Shown: one piece after another, positions 52,185-64,000 of the stretch | Layout of the letters: every line of letters begins with the position of its first letter | Numbering within the stretch: the stretch's first letter is position 1 | Origin: an uncultured Gemmatimonadales bacterium | Lineage (GTDB): Bacteria; Gemmatimonadota; Gemmatimonadetes; Gemmatimonadales; Gemmatimonadaceae | Direction of reading: 5' to 3' | Assembly (NCBI GenBank): GCA_963701965.1 | Contig: OY969695.1 | Span: forward strand, 64,001-128,000 | Length of the DNA stretch: 64,000 bases | Notes under the pieces: model-generated | Databases searched by the model: none | What the model saw: only the letters and a program-made list of their open reading frames with translations | Told to the model about the DNA's origin: nothing | Program-made: the position numbers and the translations under genes

Positions 52185-52834
52185 AGGAAGCTCGCGGCGG
52201 CGTTGATCGCGAACGCCAGGATCGTCGTGTTGAAGACGAACGACAGCACCGACTGGCCGAGCACGAGGCGGCGCATCGCGCGCGAGGTGACGCCGACGTC
52301 GGACGTCTGCGCCGTCACCGCGATGGTGAAGGAGAAGTAGAGAAAGTCGGTGTGGTCGGGCTCGAACTTCGGCGTCGCGCCGGGGAAGGCGAGACCGCAG
52401 TCGGGCTCGGCGCCGTAGTACGCGCTGGCGTAGGTCAGGCCGAACAGCATCGGCAGCAGCAGCCACGAGCCGATCACCGTGACGAAGCCGAAGACGGCGT
52501 GCGGCAGCATGTGCTGCGGTCCGGCGGCCTTGGCGCTGATCAGCTCGAAGATGACCGCCACCAGGCTCATCACGACGGCGACGACGACGATCGCGAGCAC
52601 GACCGGCGCGCTTTCGGCCTGGGCCAGCGCCAGGCGCTTGATGTGACCCGAATCGGCGAGCATCAGCGTGATCCCGACCCACACGAGGTAGACCCAGATC
52701 AAGGCGTTCCAGCCGAGCAGCGCGCGCGTCAGCAGCGAGTCGACGCCGGGCCATGCCATGGCGACGATGACGCCCACGATCGCACTGACCAGGAGACGCT
52801 GGTGCGCGAGCAGGTGGGTGGTTGGCATCGGCAT
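52181..52834 (-). CDS. DUF1345 membrane protein
   Basis: DFLYFSFTIAVTAQTSDV...SFVFNTTILA. Confidence 0.9.
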   Translation of the reverse strand: MPMPTTHLLAHQRLLVSAIVGVIVAMAWPGVDSLLTRALLGWNALIWVYLVWVGITLMLADSGHIKRLALAQAESAPVVLAIVVVAVVMSLVAVIFELISAKAAGPQHMLPHAVFGFVTVIGSWLLLPMLFGLTYASAYYGAEPDCGLAFPGATPKFEPDHTDFLYFSFTIAVTAQTSDVGVTSRAMRRLVLGQSVLSFVFNTTILAFAINAAASFL

Positions 52835-52920
52835 CGGCCTCGGTGCGGGACAGGGGGCGGGCAAGCGCTCGCGGCGCGTCGCCGGGATGGCGCGCCAATC
52901 CGCCTAGGATAATCGCGGCG

Positions 52921-54193
52921 ATGCCACCGACCGCCTTGCTCGAGGCCGCCACCGAGCTCGCGCACCGCGTGTTGCGCTTCGAGCATCCGGCCGACCGCGT
53001 CGTCGCCGATTTCTTTCGCGAGCAGCGCTCGCTCGGCTCGCGCGAGCGCCATGTGCTCACCGACGGCGTCTTCGCGCTGCTGCGCAAGCTCCCCTTGTTG
53101 CGCCATCTCGCGAACTCGGCCAACGGCGGCCGCGGCGAGATCGATCGGCGGCTGGCGATCCTTTCCTGGCAGGGCAACGCCGGCGTGCTGCGCGCTGCCC
53201 TCGACGAGCGCGAGCGTGCCTGGCTCGAGCGCTGCCAGGCGTTCGACCTCGAGGCGCTGCCCGAGCGCCTTCGCCACAACCTGCCCGACTGGCTCGCTGC
53301 AGCCGCTCGAGGCGCGTCTTGGCGCGGAGTTCTGGCCCTGGGTCACGGCGATCGACACGCCGGCGCCGCTCGACCTGCGCGTCAACGCGCTCAAGGCCGA
53401 CCGCGACGAGATCCTCGGCTCGGCTGCGCGAGGCAGGCATCGAGGCCGCGCCGACGCCGTACTCGCCGCTCGGCTTGCGCGTCGTCGGCAAGCCGGCACT
53501 GCAAAGGCTCGACATCTTCGCGCACGGCCTGGTCGAAGCGCAGGACGAAGGCAGCCAGCTCCTGGCCCTGATCACCGGTGCGAGGCGCGGCGAGATGGTG
53601 GTCGACTTCTGCGCCGGTGCCGGCGGCAAGACGCTCGCCCTCGGCGCGCAGATGCGAAATACCGGTCGCCTGTACGCGTTCGACATCTCCGGTCACCGGC
53701 TTGCGGCGCTGAAGCCGCGTCTGGCGCGCAGCGGCCTCGGCAATGTTCACCCGGCGCAGATCGCGCACGAGCGCGACGATCGCGTCAAGCGCCTGGCCGG
53801 CAAGGTCGACCGTGTCCTCGTCGACGCGCCGTGCAGCGGCACGGGCACGCTGCGGCGCCACCCCGACCTCAAGTGGCGCCAGTCAGCCGAGGGCGTCGCG
53901 GCCCTGGCGCCGAGCCAGCGCGCCATCCTGGGGGCCGCGGCAGCGGCTGGTGAAGCCCGGCGGGCGGCTGGTTTACGCCACCTGCAGCGTGCTCGATTCC
54001 GAAAACCAGGCGGTGGCCGGCGAGTTCGACGCGAGCCACGGCGCCGACTTCGTTCGCCTGCCCGCTTCTGCGGTCCTGGAGCGAGCCCATGTCGCGAACG
54101 CGGGGACGCTCGTCGCCGGCAACGACCTGCAACTGTGGAGTCATCGGCACGGAACGGACGGCTTCTTCGCCGCAGATCTGGGAGCGCCGTTGA
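52921..54193 (+). CDS. RsmB/NOP family SAM-dependent RNA methyltransferase (several frameshifts)
   Basis: QDEGSQ, DFCAGAGGKT, DAPCSGTG, YATCS, TDGFF. Confidence 0.92.
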
Positions 54194-54314
54194 CCTGCCC
54201 CCTATCACGCCATATTTCGCTCCGGCGTGATATCCGTCGATTTCAAAGGGTATCTCCGGAGGCCGGTCGAATAGAATCGACGTCTTCTGTGTTACGAGTG
54301 CTAAAGGGCCCTGG

Positions 54315-55535
54315 ATGGACGTGCTGACCTCAGTTTTCAATGCGCTGCTCGACTGGCTGGGCCACGGCTTTTCGGGTTTTAGCGGCTGGGAGATCGTCGC
54401 CTACACGCTGGTCACGACTCACATCACGATCGCCGCGGTGACGATCTTCCTGCACCGCGCCCAGGCGCACCGCGCCCTCGATCTGCACGGCATTCCGGCG
54501 CATTTCTTCCGCTTCTGGCTCTGGCTCGGCTCGGGGATGGTCACCAAGGAATGGGTGGCGATTCACCGCAAGCATCACGCCAAGTGCGAGACCGAGGACG
54601 ATCCGCACAGCCCGCAGACGCGCGGCATCAAGACCGTCCTGCTGACCGGCAGCGAGCTCTATCGCACCGAAGCCAAGAACCAGCAAACCCTCGCCAAGTT
54701 CGGCCACGGCACGCCCGATGACTGGCTAGAGAGGAATCTCTACTCTCGCTATAGCTGGCAGGGCGTCGGCCTGATGCTGATTCTCGACGTGGCCCTGTTC
54801 GGTGCCATCGGCGCCACCGTTTGGGCGGTGCAGATGCTCTGGATCCCGATCACCGCCGCCGGCATCGTCAACGGCATCGGCCACTGGTGGGGCTATCGCA
54901 ACTTCGAGGCGCCCGATGCCAGCCGCAACGTCGTGCCCTGGGGCGTGATCATTGGCGGCGAAGAGCTGCACAACAACCACCACACCTATCCGACGTCGGC
55001 CAAGCTGTCGGTGAAGCCGTACGAGTTCGACATCGGCTGGGCCTACATCCGTGCCCTCGAGACGCTCGGCCTGGCGAAGGTCCGCAAGACGGCTCCCCAG
55101 CTCAAGCTCGGCGCCGTCCGTCCGGTCGCCGACGACAAGACGCTCGAGGCGTTGATCGCCAATCGCTACGAGGTGATGGCCAATTACGCGCGAAGCCTGC
55201 GCCGGGCCAGCCACGCCGAGGTGCAACGCCTGAAGGGCGAGGGCGAAGCGGCCAATCGGTTGGCCGAGATGCGGATCGCACGCCGCTGGCTGCACCGCGA
55301 CGACGACAAGATCCCGCACAGCGTCAAGGCGCAAATCGCCAGCGCGCTCGCGTCGAGCCCGTACCTCGCCAAGCTCGTAGCGATGCGCGAAGAGCTGCGA
55401 CTCCTGTGGACCCGTACCAACGTCTCGGCAGAGCAGCTGGTCGCAGACCTGCAGGCATGGCTGCGCAAGGCCGAGGAGAGCGGCATCGCCGCGCTGCAGG
55501 AATTCGCACTGCGCCTGCGAGCTGCCCACGCATAG
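54315..55535 (+). CDS. Acyl-CoA (delta-9-type) fatty acid desaturase
   Basis: His boxes HRAQAH, HRKHH, HNNHH. Confidence 0.92.
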   Translation: MDVLTSVFNALLDWLGHGFSGFSGWEIVAYTLVTTHITIAAVTIFLHRAQAHRALDLHGIPAHFFRFWLWLGSGMVTKEWVAIHRKHHAKCETEDDPHSPQTRGIKTVLLTGSELYRTEAKNQQTLAKFGHGTPDDWLERNLYSRYSWQGVGLMLILDVALFGAIGATVWAVQMLWIPITAAGIVNGIGHWWGYRNFEAPDASRNVVPWGVIIGGEELHNNHHTYPTSAKLSVKPYEFDIGWAYIRALETLGLAKVRKTAPQLKLGAVRPVADDKTLEALIANRYEVMANYARSLRRASHAEVQRLKGEGEAANRLAEMRIARRWLHRDDDKIPHSVKAQIASALASSPYLAKLVAMREELRLLWTRTNVSAEQLVADLQAWLRKAEESGIAALQEFALRLRAAHA

Positions 55536-55553
55536 GGTCGGCCTCGCGGCAAA

Positions 55554-55619
55554 CAAAAAGGGTCGCCGTGGCGACCCTTTTGCGTTTGGCTGAATCAGAA
55601 GGGGTCGCACAGCGACCCC
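55554..55619. terminator. Two hairpins between convergent genes; the first is a bidirectional terminator
   Basis: AAAAGGGTCGCC-GT-GGCGACCCTTTT and GGGGTCGC-ACA-GCGACCCC. Confidence 0.75.
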
Positions 55620-55644
55620 GCTTGAATTCAGCGAAGCGTCCCTG

Positions 55645-55812
55645 TTACTTCAGCTTCGTTTCCTTGTAGGTGACGTGCTTGCGCGCCACCGGATCGAACT
55701 TCATCAGCTCGATCTTTTCCGGCGTCGTCTTCTTGTTCTTGTCGGTCGTGTAGAAGTGACCGGTCCCGGCGCTCGATTCGAGCTTGATCTTCTCGCGTCC
55801 ACCCTTGGCCAT
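55645..55812 (-). CDS. rpmG: 50S ribosomal protein L33 (absent from the ORF track)
   Basis: [55 protein letters not shown]. Confidence 0.97.
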   Translation of the reverse strand: MAKGGREKIKLESSAGTGHFYTTDKNKKTTPEKIELMKFDPVARKHVTYKETKLK

Positions 55813-55824
55813 GGCTGGTGCTCC

Positions 55825-56058
55825 TTAGATTTCGCCGCGCGCGCGCAGATCGGCGACGACCTGCTCGATGCCGACCTTGTCGATCAGCCTGAGCGCAGCG
55901 TTGGTGATGCGCAGGCGAACCCAGCGGTTCTCGCCCTCGACCCAGAACCGGCGGTAGTGCAGGTTGGGCAGGAAGCGGCGCTTCGTTTTGTTGTTGGCGT
56001 GGGAAACGTTGTTCCCGACCATCGGGCGCTTGCCCGTTACCTGACAGACGCGTGCCAT
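55825..56058 (-). CDS. rpmB: 50S ribosomal protein L28
   Basis: [33 protein letters not shown]. Confidence 0.98.
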   Translation of the reverse strand: MARVCQVTGKRPMVGNNVSHANNKTKRRFLPNLHYRRFWVEGENRWVRLRITNAALRLIDKVGIEQVVADLRARGEI

Positions 56059-56163
56059 GACGCTTCTCCGTGACTAGCTGGGTGAGAGGGTGCCTGCGCG
56101 GCGCGAAGGCGCGGCGCGGCAAAGCCCGGCATTATAGCCGGCGGATCGGTCCGGCGCAGCCCG

Positions 56164-57192
<1,029 letters not shown>

Positions 57193-57296
57193 TCATGGCA
57201 TCAACGCGCGTAATGGTGACAATAGCCCCGTCCTGCGAGGCGTGCGTTTTTCCACGTCCCGTGGGCGTCGCGCCCGCAACCAGAAAGGCTTTACCG

Positions 57297-57962
57297 ATGG
57301 CGATGCTCTCGAACCTCGATCTCATCCGGCGAGTCCCGCTCTTTTCGTTGCTGACGAACGATCAGGCGCAAGGCATCGCCGACAGCGTCGTCAAGCGGCG
57401 CTTCAGGCGCGGCGAGATCGTCGTCGAACATGGCAAGAAGTCGAATGCCCTCTTCATCCTGCTGACCGGCCGGGCGCGCGTGCTGACCGCCGACTCGCGC
57501 GGCCGCGAGGTCATCCTCGCCGTGCTCCAGTCGGGCGACTACGTCGGCGAGATGAGCCTGATCGACAACGAGCCGCATTCGGCGACGGTGCGCGCCGAGG
57601 TCCAGACCGACATGCTGATCCTCGGCCGCGCCGAGTTCGCGCGCTGCCTGCCCGAGAACTCGAGCCTGTCGTACGCGATCATGCGCGGCCTGGTGCAGCG
57701 CCTGCGCAGCGCCGACCGGCAGATCGAGTCGCTCGCGCTGCTCGACGTCTACGGCCGGGTCGCGCGCACGCTGCTCGACATGTCGGAGATGGAAGGCGAG
57801 GTCAAGATCATCCGCAACAAGGTCTCGCGCCAGGACCTGGCCAAGGTCGTCGGCGCTTCGCGCGAGATGGTGAGCCGGGTGATGAAGGACCTCGAAGGCC
57901 GCGGCATGGTGCAGACGCAGGAGAACGGCTGGGTCATCATCAAGGAGCAGCTCACGGGCTGA
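57297..57962 (+). CDS. Crp/Fnr family regulator
   Basis: GEMSLID...HSATV cNMP domain; GASREMVSR HTH. Confidence 0.93.
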   Translation: MAMLSNLDLIRRVPLFSLLTNDQAQGIADSVVKRRFRRGEIVVEHGKKSNALFILLTGRARVLTADSRGREVILAVLQSGDYVGEMSLIDNEPHSATVRAEVQTDMLILGRAEFARCLPENSSLSYAIMRGLVQRLRSADRQIESLALLDVYGRVARTLLDMSEMEGEVKIIRNKVSRQDLAKVVGASREMVSRVMKDLEGRGMVQTQENGWVIIKEQLTG

Positions 57963-57993
57963 GCGCGCTCTGCCGCTCGGCGACAATCGAGCG

Positions 57994-60334
57994 ATGACTT
58001 TTCCCCTTGGTTCGCTGCGCGGCGAAGGCGCTGAATCCGCGCCGCGCCACGGCCTCTCGCATGCCGCCGCGCCGAGCTGGCGCGAGCAGGTTCTGCTGCT
58101 CGTCGGCGCCGTCGCCTGGCTGCTCGCGGTGCTCGCGCTGGCGACGCACAACGCCGCCGACCCGGGCTTTTCGACCTCGGGCAGCGGCGCGCCGATCCAG
58201 AACCGGGTCGGCTCGCTCGGCGCGTGGCTCTCCGACGCCGCCTTCTTCCTGGTCGGCTACTCGGTCTGGTGGGCGGTGCTGGTCGGCGCGCGCGCCTGGC
58301 TCGGCGCGCTCGCCCATGCCCTGCGCAGCCACGACGCCGTCGCCGCCGACGGCATCGCCGCCAAGCCGCCGGCGTGGCCGATGTGGCTCGGCCTCGCGCT
58401 CCTGCTCGTCGCCAGCGCCTCGCTCGAGTGGACGCGCCTCTACCAATGGGAGGCGCAGGTCGCGGGCGGCAATGCCGGCGGCGTGCTCGGCGCCGTCCTC
58501 GGCAAGGCGAGCCAGAGCCTGCTCGGCTTCGCCGGCTCGGGCGTGCTCTGGATCGCCGTGCTGGTCGCCGCCGCGTCGATGGCGCTGCGCTTCTCCTGGC
58601 TGCGCGTTGCCGACGCGCTCGGCGCGGCGATCGAGTCGCTGCGCAATCGCCGCGTCGAGCGGATCGAGCGCGCCGAGGACGCGCGCCTCGGCGCCGCGGC
58701 CGTGCGCGAGCGCGACGAGGTGCTCGAAGTCGCGCACGAGCTGAGCGAGCAGCACCTGCCGCTGGTGATCGAGCCGACGCTGGTCGACGTGCCGAAGAGC
58801 ACGCGCGTCGTCAAGGAGCGGCAGAAGCCGCTCTTCAGCGAGCTGGTCGACACCAAGCTGCCGCAGGTCGACCTGCTCGACTCGGCGCCGCAGCGCGTCG
58901 AGAGCGTCAGCGCCGAATCGATCGAGATGACCTCGCGCCTGATCGAGAAGCGCCTCAAGGACTTCGGCGTCGAGGTGCGCGTCGTCGCCGCCTCGCCCGG
59001 GCCGGTGATCACGCGCTACGAGATCGAGCCGGCCGCTCGGCGTCAAGGGCGCGCAGGTCGTGAGCCTGGCCAAGGACCTGGCGCGCTCGCTCGGCCTGGT
59101 GTCGATCCGCGTCGTCGAGACGATTCCCGGCAAGACGACGATGGCGCTCGAGCTGCCGAACGCGAAGCGGCAGACGATCCGTCTTTCCGAGGTGCTCGGC
59201 TCGCAGGCCTATGCCGATTCCGGCTCGCAGCTCACGCTCGGCCTCGGCAAGGACATCGTCGGCCTGCCGGTCGTCGCCGACCTGCAGAAGATGCCGCACT
59301 GCCTGGTCGCCGGCACCACCGGCGCGGGCAAGTCGGTCGGCATCAACGCGATGATCCTGTCGCTGCTCTACAAGGCCGAGGCGCGCGACGTCCGGCTGAT
59401 CCTGATCGACCCGAAGATGCTCGAGATGAGCGTCTACGAAGGCATCCCGCATCTGCTCTGCCCGGTCGTCACCGACATGAAGCAGGCCGCCAACGCGCTC
59501 AGCTGGGGCGTCGGCGAGATGGAGCGGCGCTACAAGCTGATGAGCAGCCTCGGCGTTCGCAACCTCGCGAGCTACAACAAGAAGATCGCCGAGGCGGCCG
59601 CGAGCGGCACGCCGATCACCAATCCGTTCAGCCTCACGCCCGAGCAGCCCGAGCCGCTCGAGCGGCTGCCGTTCATCGTCATCGTCATCGACGAGCTCGC
59701 CGACCTGATGATGGTCGTCGGCAAGAAGATCGAGGAGCTGATCGCGCGCCTGGCGCAGAAGGCGCGCGCCTCGGGCGTGCACCTGATCCTGGCGACGCAG
59801 CGGCCGAGCGTCGACGTCATCACCGGCCTGATCAAGGCCAACATCCCGACCCGGCTCTCGTTCCAGGTCTCGAGCAAGATCGACTCGCGAACGATCCTCG
59901 ACCAGATGGGCGCCGAGGCGCTGCTCGGCATGGGCGACATGCTCTACCTGACCTCGGGCAGCGGCATGCCGGTGCGCGTGCACGGCGCCTTCGTCAGCGA
60001 CGACGAGGTGCATCGCGTCGTCGCCTACCTGAAGAGCCAGGGCGAGCCGAACTACATCGAGGGCATCCTCGAAGGCGGCACGCTCGACGGCGACGCGGGC
60101 GACGCCGAAGGCCCGGCCGGCGCCGGCAGCGGCGAGAGCGACCCGATGTACGACCAGGCGGTCGGCATCGTGCTGCAGCACCGCCGCGCCTCGATCTCGC
60201 TGGTGCAGCGCCACTTGCGCATCGGCTACAACCGCGCCGCGCGATTGCTGGAACAAATGGAGAAATCCGGGCTCGTATCGGGCATGGCGACCAACGGCAA
60301 CCGCGACATCCTCGTCCCGGCACGCGCGGAGTGA
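57994..60334 (+). CDS. ftsK: DNA translocase FtsK (one frameshift near 59035)
   Basis: N-terminal TM segments; [28 protein letters not shown]. Confidence 0.96.
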
Positions 60335-60951
60335 AGCGTTCCCTCAGGCTCGGCCTGGCGCTCGCGGCCGCGCTCGCGGCACTGCCGCTTGCGCTCGCCG
60401 ATCCGGTCGAGACGCTGCGCGGCTTCGTCCGCGACGTGAAGAGCGGCCGCGCCACCTTCATCCAGACCGTCACTTCGCCCGACGGCGCCAAGAAGAAGAC
60501 CTCGTCGGGCAGCTTCGACTTCGCGCGCCCGAACCGCTTTCGCTTCGCCTACGCCAAGCCGTTCGAGCAGACCATCGTCGGCGACGGCGAGAAGGTCTGG
60601 ATCTACGACGCCGACCTGAACCAGGTGAGCGTGAGAAAGCTCGGCCAGGCGCTCGGCGCGACGCCGGCGGCACTGCTCGCCGGCGGCTCGCTCGAGCGCG
60701 ATTTCGATCTCGCGAACCTGCCGGCGCGCGACGGCCTCGATTGGGCCGAGGCGAAGCCGAAAGCCAAGGACGGCGCCTTCCAGGCGGTCCGCGTCGGCTT
60801 CAAGGGCAAGGACCTGGCGGCGCTCGAGATCATCGACAGCTTCGGCCAGAAGTCGCTGCTCCAGTTCAGCGGCTTCGCCGCCAACACGGCGATTGCGCCG
60901 GAGACTTTCCGCTTCGCGGTGCCGCCCGGCGCCGACGTGATCGAGCAGTAG
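60331..60951 (+). CDS. lolA: Outer membrane lipoprotein chaperone
   Basis: GTG start; signal peptide; [18 protein letters not shown]. Confidence 0.95.
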   Translation: MKRSLRLGLALAAALAALPLALADPVETLRGFVRDVKSGRATFIQTVTSPDGAKKKTSSGSFDFARPNRFRFAYAKPFEQTIVGDGEKVWIYDADLNQVSVRKLGQALGATPAALLAGGSLERDFDLANLPARDGLDWAEAKPKAKDGAFQAVRVGFKGKDLAALEIIDSFGQKSLLQFSGFAANTAIAPETFRFAVPPGADVIEQ

Positions 60952-60953
60952 AT

Positions 60954-62219
60954 TCAGGCGAGCGAGGCGACGAGCACGGCGTTGGTTCCGCCGAAGGCGA
61001 ACGAGTTCGACATCGCGTGGCGCAGGTCGGCGCGTGCCGCGCGCGGCGCCGATGACGAGATCGATCGCGAACGCCGGATCGGCGGCGCCCGTGTGGGCAG
61101 TCGGCGGCAGTCGGCCCGACGCCAGGGCGCGCAACGCCGCCAACAGCTCGATCGCGCCGCCGGCGCCGAGCAGGTGGCCGTGGATCGCCTTGGTCGAGCT
61201 GACCGGCACGCCGTGGGCGCCGAACACGGCGGCGATCGATTCGGCTTCGGCGGCATCGCCGGGAATCGTCGCCGTGCCGTGGGCATTGAGGTAGCCGACG
61301 GCGTCGGCTTCGAGCCCGGCGTCGGCGAGCGCGGCGCGCATCGCCCGCGCCTGACCGGCGCGCGTCGGGATTGGTGATGTGGACGCCATCGCAGTTGGTC
61401 GCGTAGCCGGTCAGTGCGAGCTGCGGCCGCACGCCGCGCGCGCGCGCATGCTCGGCCGACTCGAGAACGAACGCCGCCGCCGCTTCGCCGAGCGCGAAGC
61501 CGGCGCGGTCGGCGGCGAACGGCCGGCACGATGCCGCGACCGCCGCGGCGTCGCCGGCCGACGTGCCGAGCGGCACCAGCACGCGCATCGCCTGCCAGCT
61601 CGCGAGCACGCCCGGCGTCAGCATCGACTCGCTGCCGCCGGCGATGGCGACGTCGATCCAGCCGGCGCGGATGGCACGCATCGCCTCGCCGATCGCGACC
61701 GCCGACGAGGCGCAGGCGCAGGCATAGCCGAGCGCGGCGCCGCGGGCGCCGAAGAGGAGGGCGATCTCGGCCAGCGGCGCGTTCGGCATCGTCGTCACGA
61801 CGCTGGTGGGCCGCATCCGGCGGCGATCGGCATAGACCGTGCGGCAGGTGGCCTCGAAGGTCGCCGCGCCGGCCATGCCGCTGCCCCAGAAGATGCCGAG
61901 CCGGTCGCGATCGAAGTCGCCGGGGGCGAGACGCGCGGCCGCCGCGGCAGAGCGCGCTGCGGCGAGGGCCATCGCCGTCGGCGCGATCGAGCGGCACCCG
62001 CGACGGCGCGACCTCGGCGGCGGCATCGAAGTCAGCCGGCGCCACCGGCACCGGCGGCAGCTCGATGCCCGGCAGGTCGAGCGCCTGCGCGCGCACCGCC
62101 GAGCGGCCGGCGAAGAGCGCCGCATCGAACGCCGCGAGCGTGTTGCCGAGCGGGCTGATGACGCCGGCGCCCGAGACGACGACCGGCGCGCCGGCCCGGG
62201 CGCTAGGCGGCCGCGGCAT
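60954..62219 (-). CDS. Beta-ketoacyl-ACP synthase (FabF-like; frameshifted)
   Basis: ACASS, NAHGTAT, KAIHGHLLGAGG, SNSFAFGGTN. Confidence 0.9.
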   Translation of the reverse strand: MPRPPSARAGAPVVVSGAGVISPLGNTLAAFDAALFAGRSAVRAQALDLPGIELPPVPVAPADFDAAAEVAPSRVPLDRADGDGPRRSALCRGGRASRPRRLRSRPARHLLGQRHGRRGDLRGHLPHGLCRSPPDAAHQRRDDDAERAAGRDRPPLRRPRRRARLCLRLRLVGGRDRRGDACHPRRLDRRRHRRRQRVDADAGRARELAGDARAGAARHVGRRRRGGRGIVPAVRRRPRRLRARRSGGGVRSRVGRACARARRAAAARTDRLRDQLRWRPHHQSRRAPVRRGRCAPRSPTPGSKPTPSATSMPTARRRFPAMPPKPNRSPPCSAPTACRSARPRRSTATCSAPAARSSCWRRCAPWRRADCRRLPTRAPPIRRSRSISSSAPRAARADLRHAMSNSFAFGGTNAVLVASLA

Positions 62220-62478
62220 CGCGCGACGGCTTCGCCGCGACCGCCTCGTCGAGCAGCAGCGCCAGATGCTCGAGCGTGACGCCGGCCTGGCGCGGGTCGA
62301 GCCGGTCCTCGGGGATGCGCACGTCGAAGCGATCCTCGACCGCGAACACGAACTCCATCAGCGCGAGCGAATCGAGGCCGAGCTGGTCGAGCGTGGCCTG
62401 CGGCCGGACCGCATCCGCGTCGACGTGGAACTGCTCGACCAGCACGGAGGTGAGGGTGGCGAAGGTCGACGATGTCAT
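62203..62478 (-). CDS. Acyl carrier protein
   Basis: LGLDSLALMEFVFAVEDRF. Confidence 0.92.
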   Translation of the reverse strand: MTSSTFATLTSVLVEQFHVDADAVRPQATLDQLGLDSLALMEFVFAVEDRFDVRIPEDRLDPRQAGVTLEHLALLLDEAVAAKPSRDAAAA

Positions 62479-62606
62479 GGAGCGGGCAGCGGCCGATGGC
62501 TGACGATGGCGCGATCTTATGTCCCGTCTCCGATGCCCCGCCTCGCCGGGCGCCGACGGCGACGCGGCAGAATCGGCTCGCGCCGCGCCGGCGCCCGCCT
62601 TGACCC

Positions 62607-63923
62607 GTGCCCCAAACCTCGCTCGAGCTCGGCTTCGCCGACCCCGCCGCCGCGCCGCTCGCCGAACGGCTGCGGCCGAAGACGCTCGACGAGGTGATCG
62701 GCCAGCGCCACCTGCTCGGTCCCGGCAAGCCGCTGCGCGCCGCCTTCGAGTCTGGGCGGCTGCACTCGATGATCCTCTGGGGTCCGCCCGGCACCGGCAA
62801 GACGACGCTGGCGCGCCTGATGGCCGACGCCTTCGACGCCCAGTTCATCGCCATGTCGGCGGTGCTCGGCGGCGTCAAGGACATCCGCGAGGCGGTCGAG
62901 CGGGCACAGGCGGCGCGAAGTTCGGGTCGGGCGACGGTCATCTTCGTCGACGAGGTGCACCGCTTCAACAAGAGCCAGCAGGATGCCTTCCTGCCGCATG
63001 TCGAGTCGGGCCTCTTGACCTTCATCGGCGCGACCACGGAGAACCCGTCGTTCGAGGTCAACTCCGCGCTGCTGTCGCGCGCGACGGTGCACGTGCTGAA
63101 GCCGCTCGACGACGACGACCTGAAGACGCTGCTCGATCGCGCCCATGCGCTGCTCGAGGCTCCACCGCTGGCCGAAGCGGCGAGGACACGGCTCATCGGC
63201 TATGCCGACGGCGATGCGCGGCGGCTGCTCAACGCCTACGAGAACCTGGTCGCGACGGTCGCGTCGCAGCATCCGGCGGTCATCGACGAGGCGATGCTGG
63301 AGCACGCGCTCGGCGAGCAGCTGCGCCGCTACGACAAGGGCGGCGAGCAGTTCTACGACACGATCTCGGCGCTGCACAAGGCGGTGCGCGGCAGCGACCC
63401 CGACGCCTCGCTGTACTGGTTCGTGCGCATGGTCGACGGCGGCGTCGATCCGCGCTATGCGGCGCGCCGGCTGGTGCGGATGGCGAGCGAGGACATCGGC
63501 CTGGCCGATCCGCGCGCGCTCCGGATCGCCCTCGACGCCGCCGAGACCTACGAGCGGCTCGGCTCGCCCGAGGGCGAGCTGGCGCTGGCCGAGGCGGTCG
63601 TCTACCTCGCCATGGCGCCCAAGAGCAACGCCGTCTACAGCGCCTACAACGCGGCGCGCGCCTATATCAAGGCCGATCGGACCCGGCCGGTGCCGCTGCG
63701 CCTGCGCAACGCGCCGACGCCGCTGATGAAGGGCCTCGACTACGGCAAGGGCTATCGCTACGCCCACGACGAAGCGGGCGCGTTCGCCGCCGGCGAGCGC
63801 TACTGGCCCGACGACATGGAAGCGCAGAGCTTCTATCGCCCGGTCGAGCGCGGCCTCGAGATCTCGATCGGCGAGCGCCTCGCCGAGTTGCGGCGCCTGA
63901 ACGACGAAGCCAAGGATCAGTAG
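62607..63923 (+). CDS. rarA: Replication-associated recombination protein A
   Basis: PLAERLRP, GPPGTGKT, DEVHRF, ATTENP, ASEDIG. Confidence 0.96.
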   Translation: MPQTSLELGFADPAAAPLAERLRPKTLDEVIGQRHLLGPGKPLRAAFESGRLHSMILWGPPGTGKTTLARLMADAFDAQFIAMSAVLGGVKDIREAVERAQAARSSGRATVIFVDEVHRFNKSQQDAFLPHVESGLLTFIGATTENPSFEVNSALLSRATVHVLKPLDDDDLKTLLDRAHALLEAPPLAEAARTRLIGYADGDARRLLNAYENLVATVASQHPAVIDEAMLEHALGEQLRRYDKGGEQFYDTISALHKAVRGSDPDASLYWFVRMVDGGVDPRYAARRLVRMASEDIGLADPRALRIALDAAETYERLGSPEGELALAEAVVYLAMAPKSNAVYSAYNAARAYIKADRTRPVPLRLRNAPTPLMKGLDYGKGYRYAHDEAGAFAAGERYWPDDMEAQSFYRPVERGLEISIGERLAELRRLNDEAKDQ

Positions 63924-64000
63924 CCGCGCTTGAGCCGCGTCGGCGTGCGCTTCAGCACCGCATCGGGGATGAAGAAGTCGGCCTGCAGCGGCTTGTCGCC
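63917..64000 (-). CDS. C-terminal end of an unidentified gene running off the window
   Basis: Open frame GDKPLQADFFIPDAVLKRTPTRLKRGY* with high GC3. Confidence 0.4.
   Translation of the reverse strand, partial: GDKPLQADFFIPDAVLKRTPTRLKRGY

Noticed and set aside
55100..55535. Desaturase C-terminal extension as a transposase fragment
   Set aside because: A usual tail of proteobacterial desaturases of this type; no IS ends seen
57994..60951. 985-aa FtsK-LolA fusion ORF
   Set aside because: Produced by one frameshift near 59035; the FtsK motor is in another frame and lolA has its own GTG and signal peptide

Overview
High-GC betaproteobacterial (Burkholderiales-like) chromosome segment in two parts. 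Bases 1 to about 26870 are a decayed, visibly less GC-rich accessory region ending at the 3' end of tRNA-Thr(CGT) (26871-26946, minus). It carries general-stress-type genes (two Hsp20, DUF72, Xth, DUF3606, DUF4142, Zn-dependent formaldehyde dehydrogenase, hemerythrins, sorbosone dehydrogenase, an orphan histidine kinase), a LIV-type ABC transporter with a fused ATPase, an HxlR unit, an orphan Xre/MbcA antitoxin and many gene fragments. Bases 27002-64000 are core genome: pfp, pepN, prfB, a soeABC + SorT-like oxidase + cytochrome c + sulP sulfite-oxidation cluster, ybaK, plsY, trpS, purN, rsmB-like, desaturase, rpmG/rpmB, trxB, Crp-family, ftsK, lolA, an inserted KS/ACP pair and rarA. Many core genes carry frameshifts that are probably sequencing indels. 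The most notable signals are: at least 8 correctly oriented sigma-54 (-24/-12) motifs in front of island stress genes, suggesting a sigma-54 general-stress regulon; an inverted copy of the tRNA 3' half with arm-like repeats; an IS110 gene split by an internal inversion; and a 329-bp transposase-less element with TGT...ACA ends and repeated binding sites. All family calls come from motif recognition by eye; no searches were run.
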